Below are positions 55,342 through 64,000 of a stretch of DNA of 64,000 bases, one piece after another (the stretch's first letter is position 1; every line of letters starts with the position of its first letter). This DNA comes from the human T2T-CHM13v2.0 reference genome, Homo sapiens. The DNA lies in assembly GCA_009914755.4 (NCBI GenBank), contig CP068257.2, positions 34,144,001 to 34,208,000 on the forward strand, in the 5' to 3' direction. Both the position numbers and the translations under genes were made by a program. The notes beneath the pieces were generated by a model. The model saw only the letters and a list, made by a program, of their open reading frames with translations, was not told the origin of the DNA and did not search any database.

Positions 55342-58023
55342 TCAAGCAGTTTTTTTAAAGAATCAGGACAGTCGTAAACGTTCAGTTAAACAGAAGGTGG
55401 AAGGTACAGCCTAGGAGGGTGCTAGTGGATTGTCTGAAGAAAGCAAACAGCAGACAGACAAGATTAGCATTGACAGCAAGACCACATCCGCATCACACAA
55501 AAGGAAGAGGAGGCTGGCAGGAATCCAGGAAACCTTAGCGATGAAGTCAGCAAATCCAAATTATTCCGTACAAATCCCCATTTTCCAAAAGATGGGCCAG
55601 GTCCATAAATATATCCACAAGCCCGTCGGCTAAACTTGTGGACGCCTACCTAAATATTTCAGATGTGGGAGCAGAGCGTCTACTGTGTTAAAAAGCCATT
55701 TTTACCCATCTCTTTACATCACAAAGCAATTATTTCTCACCTGCCACTTTAATTTGTACTGACAACCTAATGTCGGACACTACCAAAGAGAACAAATGAA
55801 AAATAGAAAGAATAGTTAGTCTCCTATATGACATATGTTTATGCCAAAAAGATTAGTTAAAAATCCATCTTCCTCTACCTGAATTTACAGGATGTTTGAG
55901 GGAACTGTCAGGAAAATCATTACTAATGAAGTACCAGACTATGTGAAACAATGGTTACAAAGGAAATTTAAAAGACAAGTGCAATTGCAGATGTCACAGA
56001 TTTTTCATTAGCAAAGGAAGATGCTGGGAAACTTTATGTTTTTGGAAGAGTCTGTGATCATTACAAGAGCGCTATATCTTATCCAATCCTGTATTCCCAT
56101 CCAACTCTCAGCCTTTTCTCTCTACTCACACTCCTCCTACTATGTCTGGGTACTTGACCTCTCCTATAAAAACTGGAAAGGAAATTACTGTGATCCTCCA
56201 TCCCTGCCAACCAAACACCAGACCTCCTTTTTGGCTAGCACTGCCTATGATATTAATAAACCATCCATCCTTGAACTACCCATTCAAAGTGACCTACAAA
56301 TATGCAAACCATCATAACTCACCCAGCTCCCTGAGGCATCCCAATATCCCACCCAGGAGCCCACAGGAAGATAGCTTTGCCCATGAAAGGGATGGGGCTT
56401 AGTCTAAAGATATACACCCAACTATGCCTGTGGCCACTAGGTTCTCGCACGGGGAGTACGAGCAGTGAAATCACAAAGAGAGGATGGGAAAGACAAAGAG
56501 CAGGAGTGGAGGCCCAAGGGTGGTAGTTTGCAAAGTGGGCTCAAATGATTCATCTGTCCACACAGATAGGCCCTCCGTGCCCTTTGTCTAGTAACTTGAT
56601 CTTTTTAATGAAAAAGCCTGGCTATGCAACCAAGGAATAATGGGAAGACATCGCAGCAAGAAGAAAAGAGCAATAATTCACCATCCTCAGACTTCTCCTA
56701 GAACATTTTCATCTCAGTTTCTTTTTATTGCCCACGTCAACTTGAGAAACCAGACTTGCAGTGGCTTGGCCCATCCTAGACTTTTCTTCCTCCCAAAGTT
56801 CACGCATTGGCCAACGTTGTCATTCCCCATTTCCTTGGTGCTAATAAAAAGAGCAATTGTATCTCACGCTTGCATTGGCAAATGAATGAGTGACTGGGAA
56901 TGTGGCTCCATGACCACTATTTCTATAAAATTTGTTCTAAAAAAAATTCAACAAAAATACTAATAAAAACCTTTATGGTGAAGGACTATAAATCTATGAA
57001 GTGGCTCAGAGTCCAATTTCCCTTTTTTACATACATCAAATACCAAGAATCAGACTCATAACAGTTGTGAGATGGCTTAGTGAGACCCCAAAGATGTACC
57101 AATCCCACAGGTTGGGATTCACCTCTGAATCCATACAAATAATATTCCCATTGTATCGAGTGTGTTTTTAGTTAGAAAAACTCTAGTTCTTATATCAGGG
57201 ATAGGTAATTAGGATTATTTTGCTTTGAGCAAAACCCATGAAGCTGAAAAAGTCAACTCATTTGTGCAGAGGAGAGGGAACTCTGCCAAGTCCTGAGACA
57301 TAAACCTGGACCTAGACCTCAGCCTGTGCAGGAGATAGGAGGACAGCCAAGGTTTTTGACTCTACACTCCTCCAGGAATCCAGCCTGTGCAGCGCCAGGG
57401 GCCCTGAGAGCCCATGGAGACAGAAGGATGCAACAGTCAGGGTGACAGCATCCTCGCCTAGCCAGGGGCATGGCAGGGCTCCAACGTCTGTGGGAAATTA
57501 GTGTGCAGACTCGGGGCTGACGAAGAAGTCTCCCCTAGGGACTGCTCACCCAAGGTCTCAGGAGAGATGAGGGTGCGACGTTTTCAGATGGGGTAGGCAG
57601 CACACCTGGGGCTCACCAGACTTACAGTAGAAGAGAATGGAAGTCACTGCAGATCCCATTCACCGGTGGAAATGGGCTGCCCTATACACCAGTTGGAATA
57701 GGCTGAAGAACTGAGCAGGACTGAACCTGCAGGTAGATGGGCTTTCTACCCACAACTGGGCCAGGCTGGGATGGACACAACCATGGTGAAAAAGATACCC
57801 AGAGGCAAGATGGGCAGCAGCCCAGGTCCATTTCACATCAGTGAGGAAGCACTGCAGCCCTTGTGCCTAGAAACAGCACTTTTATTACAGGTGCTGCTGA
57901 TGGGCTGAGTCAAGTGTTAAACGATGCGTTTGCTGTTGAATAGAAATCACTTCTGAAGCCTGTACTCTGTTCGGTTCCCAAGCATTTACTGAGCATGAGC
58001 AAGGTGTTGGCATCTGAAGATGA

Positions 58024-58410
<387 letters not shown>

Positions 58411-59366
58411 TGCTGCTTCTTTACTTTGTATTCAACAAGGGAATCCTTGCTTAGGAGTCAAGTTTTACATTGACAACAGCCTTTCTGAGTTTTGTTATTT
58501 GTTTGTTTGCTTGCTTTTTTTTTTTTAAACGAAGTTTTAGCTCCACGGCTTTTTAAAAAATATGAAATTCACTTTACATGTTTTTTCTAAGTGGATTTTA
58601 TAATGTATGTAATATGGATAGTGTTAAGACTGTGTAGCAGGTTTCAGGATCTAATGACTGTTTTTAACTTAGAACTTCAGAAGCTATAGAATTAATAAGA
58701 ACTTTTTGTTTTTTACTTAACACTTGGTGCCATTTTCACATCACCAATATATGATACACAAATGCAGCTGAGGAAGACACTTCATACTTTCTCATTGTTT
58801 CTGTGAATAGCATGAGGCAGTCATCCATTAAGTGGAGTAATACATGGACCCTTTTTATAAGAAACCAATTTCACACACTTACCTCTCCTCATCTTTAGAC
58901 CCTACCTGCTCAGTAAGTTTGAGGGTGGAGTAGAGGATGTGCCTGTGGTGGTTCATTTCCTATGTCAGCCTGACCGGCCATGGGGGTGCTCCAATTAAGC
59001 ATTATTTTGGGGTGTGTCTGAGAGGGTGTTTCAGACGAGAGCAGCATTTGAATTGGTGGATTCATAAAGTAAATGGCTCTCCCCATTGTGGGTGGGCACC
59101 ATCTCATCTGTTGAGAGCCTGCACAGAACAAAAGGCAGGGGAAGGAGGAATTGATCCTTTTTGCTTCCTGCCCACCCACCTGAGCTGCTACAGCTCATCT
59201 GATCTCCTGCCCTTAGACTGGGAGCTACAACACCAGCTTCCGTGGTTCTCGGGGCTTCGAACTTCTCCTAAATTACACCACTGCCTTTCCTGGGTCTCCA
59301 GCTTGCAGAAGGCACAGCATGGACTTCTCCTCTTCTGTAATGGAGTGAGCCAATTCCTGACAATAG

Positions 59367-59371
<5 letters not shown>

Positions 59372-59398
<27 letters not shown>
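59372..59398. repeat. (GT)13 dinucleotide microsatellite
   Basis: ggtctgtgtgtgtgtgtgtgtgtgtgtgtgtacacatgtatatg. Confidence 0.95.
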
Positions 59399-59400
<2 letters not shown>

Positions 59401-60357
59401 ACATGTATATGTAAAGGGTTTGTTTTATTGGTTCTGTTTCTCTGGAGAACCCTAATAGGGTGCTCCTGGAGTAATTTCTATTCAATACCAAATGTATCAG
59501 ATCATCAGCACGGGCAACTTGTTTTAAATTATAATATTTCTTAAACACAAATGATCAAAAACTAGAAATAAACTCCTTCTGATTAGAGCACTGCTGCAAC
59601 TATAAAATTAAAATAATATTTAAAATAAACACAATCAAAACAGTAAAAAGCCACACAATTTCAAGTTGATATATCTATGTTAACATGCAGGTAGTGATGT
59701 GACTATACCTGTGACTGCCGAGGCATCTGTGGTCTGAGTCTGGCCTGTGGCATGACCATGAGTGCCATGAGCTATGTGTTTCCCCAACACTTCTCTCCAC
59801 TCACACCATGGCGAGTCTTTGCTTAGACAGCACTTAGGTGATAATCTAGATCCTTCACATGCAGTGAAATCTCACTGTTTATATCCTAGGTCTACCTTGA
59901 TTCCTTTTTGCACTGGCATATGACAAAAACATGAGTCTCTGCTGCTTTGCTACACCAGGGTCTCTTCACCACAGCATGCCCACGGAGTGCTTATCACCAT
60001 CTGCTTAATCAGTTTCACAATGGAGCATCTCCTCATTGTCTCTAACTTCAGCCCCTCTTCTTTTCAGAGGCAGGTGCTGAGATGCCTCCCAAAATCAGAC
60101 TTGGAATGATAGTCCCAGATTGTGCCAGGTTCCAAGAATCCACGTAGAGTTTAGGTTCTAAAACAATCACCCAAGGCAAAAATTAAAGTCTAAATTATGC
60201 TTGAAATTTTCCTAAATTGCTAATCAAGTATAAGATACATAGCTTTATCTACACAGACCTCTATAGTAATTATTTTGCTCGCTTAAGTTTAAGAACCACT
60301 GAAACAGACTGCTACAGACTGAATGTTTGCGTCCCCTCAAAATGTATATGTTGACAG

Positions 60358-60640
60358 GCTGGGCACGGTGGCTCACACTTGTAATTCCAACACTTTGGAA
60401 GGTGAAGACTGAAGGATCACTTGAGGCCAGGAGTTCAGACCAGCCTGGCAAATATAGCAAGACCTCATCTCTACAAAAAATTTAAAAATTAGCCAGGTAT
60501 GGTGGCACATGGCTCTAGTACCAGCTACTCAGGAGGCTGAGGCAGGATCATCTCTGGAGCCCAGGAGTTCGAGGCAGCAGTGAGCCATGATCATTCCCAC
60601 TGCACTCCAGCCTGAGTGGTAGAATGAGACCCAGTCTCTT
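60358..60640 (+). mobile_element. Alu SINE, plus orientation; poly(A) replaced by a (TA)n-like tail
   Basis: ggctgggcacggtggctcacacttgtaattccaacactttggaaggtgaagactgaaggatcacttgaggccaggagttcagaccagcctggcaaatatagcaagacctcatctctacaaaaaatttaaaaattagccaggtatggtggcacatggctctagtaccagctactcaggaggctgaggcaggatcatctctggagcccaggagttcgaggcagcagtgagccatgatcattcccactgcactccagcctgagtggtagaatgagacccagtctctttatatatataaaaatat. Confidence 0.9.
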
Positions 60641-60769
60641 TATATATATAAAAATATGTGTGTGTAATATATATGCAGTTTATCACATAGATATTTTGCA
60701 TATGCAACGCAGTTCTGTAAATTCAGTGTTGCATTGAGAATTTATTGTCCTTCCATATATATATGGAAA

Positions 60770-61085
60770 TCCTAACCCTTAATGTGATGGTATTTGAAGG
60801 TGGGGGGCTTTGAAAGGTAATCAGGTCACCTCATGAATGGGATTAGTGCCCTTATAAAAGAGACCTCAGAGAGCTCCCTCACCACATCTAACATATGAGA
60901 ACTCAGTGAAGACAGTATTCTATGAACCAGGAAGTGGGCCCTCACCAGACATCAAATCTGCCAGCACCTTGATTTTGGACTTCCCAGCCTCCAGAACCAC
61001 GAGAAATAAATGTCTATTGTTTATAAAAGCCACCCAAGCTATGGTACTTTACCATAGCAGCTCAAACTGACTAAGCCACAGGCTT
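60770..61085 (+). mobile_element. MaLR-type (MLT1-like) LTR fragment, plus orientation
   Basis: ccttaatgtgatggtatttgaaggtggggggctttgaaaggtaatcaggtcacctcatgaatgggattagtgcccttataaaagagacctcagagagctccctcaccacatctaacatatgagaactcagtgaagacagtattctatgaaccaggaagtgggccctcaccagacatcaaatctgccagcaccttgattttggacttcccagcctccagaaccacgagaaataaatgtctattgtttataaaagccacccaagctatggtactttaccatagcagctcaaactgactaag matches the canonical MaLR LTR 3' half (…cttggacttcccagcctccagaactgtgagaaataaat…gtttaagccacccagtctatggtattttgttatagcagcc…). Confidence 0.6.
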
Positions 61086-62689
61086 AAAAAACGAACAAAA
61101 GGGAATTTTCTCCATAGAAGTCTGGGTATCTAAACCATCCCACATGTTAGACAACTATAGTCCCTGGGTTGAATGGGACAGCAGTAGAGAATTCTAAAGT
61201 GCTCTTGCTTGCCAGAATTTACTCCCTTAGTTTCTAATATTGGGCATCTAAACTTAACCTGTGTTAGTAGATGCAGTCATGTTGTGAAATCTAAACAAGA
61301 AAACTGTGGAGTCTCATCCCAGGACAAGTATATGAAGTAAGCTGTTAAGTTAAAAGTGCATGCAATGCAATTCTGTAAATACAACGTTGCATTGAAAAAG
61401 TAATTGTCCTTCCTTGTTTAGTCCTATAATCAATTCATCAAACAATATTTCCCTAAAATCTTTTTGCAAATAAGGTTAATTTTGTTGAAATATCCAATTC
61501 TGCATGTATTTACTGAAGAAAAAAATGAATCTTATTAAAAATCAAGGATAGTATACTGTGCCCAAAATATCAGATTTTCACTGGGCTGAGAATCAGGAGA
61601 AATACATGTGGCACATAAAGGTGCCACCTGAGAAGAAGCAAAAGGAATGCTTGGTTATTAAGACAGAGAGGCTGAAATATGATGACAGATCTCATACCCT
61701 AAATCAAACCAAACCCACAATCAGAGTATCTGGGTCTGCATAATTTTCCCAAAAACATTTCAACTTGGTGCATTTGGGCCCTCTTAAAGCAATATAGTCT
61801 CTGTAAATATTCCATTAAAAGAATCGAAATGATTAAGATAATTTAAAAATTGTTTAAATGTAAAAATAACATTTAAAATTAAATAAATACATAAAAATAA
61901 TCCACATGATTGATTGTGTTCAATTGTTCCCTGGTTGTCCCCACTCAACTCTGGCCTCCTATCATCAAGAGGAACTTTTTTTTTCTATATTAATTGCCTT
62001 TGTTCCTTCTACAGCCACTTGGCTCTGATCATATCACTCCCAATCCCTCTGGTTATCCCACTAAGAAACCTGGAAGTCATTCTTAATGCTTTCTTTCCCT
62101 CTCCCTTACCTCCATATTTAAGCAATAGCAAGCCCTGATAGTTACTCTGGGTAAACCCCAAACTATCCCCTCTTCACCTGTGCTGCCACATCCAGTCCAG
62201 ACAATCAGCATCTCCCACCTGCTCTATTGAAGCATTCTCCTAATTTTGCATCCACTCTCTCTTCCTGCTGAGCTCTTCTCTGCTCAGCAGCCAGAATGAC
62301 CTTCTGAAAAAGCAAATCTATCATGAACCTTGACTTGATCCTTTTACTTAATGCCCATTTCTCCTGGAATCATGGCTGAATCCCTCCCAACCTGCCAGGC
62401 ATGTTCCCCATGACCTGGCCCCCGCCACCGTCTCCAGCCTCAGCAGGGGCTGCTCTCCCCCACTCACTCCATCAGGTCTCTGTGGCCTTGCAAGGGTTTC
62501 ATGCATCCTCAGCCTGGGATGACCCTACTCCTCCCCATCCATCTGGCCAACTCCACCACCCTCAATGTCCTTTCATCCTAGGAAGCCTGAACCCCCCACC
62601 TCTCTAGACCACTCCCCTTGTTACACCTTCTCGGGACAAGGTAGGCGGAATGACCCCCAATGATGTCCACGCCCTGATCCTTAAAACCT

Positions 62690-63135
62690 ATGGATATGTT
62701 ACTTTACATGAGATAAAGGAGTGCAGATGTGATTCAGCTAAGAGTCTTGAGATGGGGAGCATACTCTGGGTTATCCAGGTGGGCCCAGTGTCATCAAAAG
62801 AGTCCTTAAAAGCAGAGTACCTTCCTCACCTGCAATCAGAAGGTGATGGGAGGACAGAAGACAGAGGACGGATCAGAGAAGTGACATTACTGGCTTTGCA
62901 GATGGAGGAAGGGGCCATGAGTCAAGGAATGTGGGTGGCTCCAGAAGGGGGGAATGTCAAGGACATGGATATCCCCCCAGAGCCTCTAGAAGGAACACAG
63001 TCATGGCAACAGCTTGGTGTTAGCCTGGTGAGATCTATGGCGGATCTGACTCACAGAAATGTAAGAAAAGAAATCGGTGTTGTTTTAAGCCACTAAGTTT
63101 GTGGTAATTTGTTATACAGCAATAGGAAACCAGCA
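62690..63135 (+). mobile_element. MLT-type (MaLR/ERVL-like) LTR, plus orientation; the 148-aa ORF at 62650-63096 lies inside it
   Basis: aaacctatggatatgttactttacatgagataaaggagtgcagatgtgattcagctaagagtcttgagatggggagcatactctgggttatccaggtgggcccagtgtcatcaaaagagtccttaaaagcagag...ctggctttgcagatggaggaaggggccatgagtcaaggaatgtgggtggctccagaagg...cagagcctctagaaggaacacag...gaaatgtaagaaaagaaatcggtgttgttttaagccactaagtttgtggtaatttgttatacagcaataggaaacc matches a common LTR family recalled as ...cctatggatatgttactttacatggcaaaagggactttgcagatgtgattaaggttaaggatcttgagatgggga...ctgtaagataataaatttgtgttgttttaagccactaagtttgtggtaatttgttacagcagc.... Confidence 0.5.
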
Positions 63136-64000
63136 CATATGGTGTTTGTGGTATTTGTCATCACTGTAATATTGGTAATTACTGAAATCATGTGATGGTT
63201 AAAAAAACACAGACCCTGGAGCCAGACAGACTGGGTCAACCTCCCACCATCCCACTCACTAGCCAGGCTCCTTGGGACAAGTTAACCTAAGAGACTCACT
63301 AAGTTTCCATCCCCTCATCTGTAAGAAGGTGGTCATCGTGCTTACCCCCAGGGTTGTACTGAGAATAACATGAAATAATATGAGGAAAGTATTTAGCACA
63401 GGGGCTGGCACAGAGGGGGCCTTCAGTACAGGTGAGCCCCAATGAGTATTATCATTGTTATTTGTGGGATTATTTGTTTTCCCCTTGGGGTTATAAGCTC
63501 CGTGAAGACAGATACCATGACTTTATTGCTCATGGCTATATTTCCAGGAACAAGCACAGAGCTTATCAGAGCAGGTATTCAAGGAAGAAATGAATGAATG
63601 GGTCTATCTGTGAACTACTGACCCAGTGTGCCCCACGAAATATGCTGGGCAGCTGCTACCTATGCAGGCATTATGCCAAGTGCTGACCAATAGAAAAGGG
63701 GAGGGGAGCGTCTCTTATTTTCTAAAACCTTTCAGCAGCCCAGGGTTTCCAACACATATATACAGGGTGACAACACAAGACAGCATGGACCAAATGGTAC
63801 AAGAATGTCAAAGCAGGGGGCACTCTAGAGGTAAGAAGATGAAATGGTGACATTATCTTGGATGGTCTAGGAAGCTTTCCTGGAGGTGTGAGATGTGAGT
63901 GGGTCTTTGACTCTACGTGAAGTTTCTATTGGATGGGAACAAAGAAGACAAAACATTCTGGGGGTCAGTAAGTGGCATTAGCAAAGGTACAGAGACAGGC

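Noticed and set aside
58937-59455. 172-aa ORF in non-repeat sequence.
   Set aside because: It is Cys/Trp/Leu-rich low-complexity translation ending in a (GT)n microsatellite. There is no recognisable domain and no exon-like boundary. It is most likely a chance ORF in GC-moderate DNA.
62650-63096. 148-aa ORF starting with an ATG (MTPNDVHALILKTYGYVTLHEIKE...).
   Set aside because: It lies entirely within an MLT-type LTR whose nucleotide sequence matches a common human repeat family. LTR consensus sequences commonly carry fortuitous open frames. I see no evidence of a gene.

Overview
This window is primate (human-type) nuclear genomic DNA, not a prokaryotic locus. About half of it is recognisable interspersed repeats, and I found no defence island, operon, CRISPR array or other prokaryotic-style system. 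I also found no convincing host protein-coding exon. Every long ORF in the six-frame track falls inside a transposable element (L1 ORF1/ORF2 remnants, Alu or LTR sequence). Repeat content, as read from the sequence: about 24 Alu SINEs or Alu fragments on both strands, many with identifiable target-site duplications; several LINE-1 fragments; at least one apparently full-length THE1-type MaLR element with both LTRs; solo MaLR LTRs of THE1/MST and MLT1 type; a MER5A hAT element with an 8-bp TSD; MIR fragments; microsatellites; and a roughly 1-kb pure-AT minisatellite. The LINE-1 fragments include a young L1PA ORF2 block carrying a nested AluY, a twin-primed (internally inverted) L1 insertion with intact TSDs, and an older L1 with 5'UTR, ORF1 and ORF2 remnants. 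The most interesting structures are transposon-biology oddities: the twin-primed L1 and its coordinate relationship to a second L1 block 4 kb away, an Alu without a poly(A) flanked by a 14-bp direct repeat, Alu tails converted to GAA/GGA and GGT/GTT triplet arrays, and the AT minisatellite. Family names, consensus comparisons, TSDs and coordinates come from reading the sequence and from memory of repeat consensus sequences, with no database search. Boundaries are approximate, roughly +/-10 bp.
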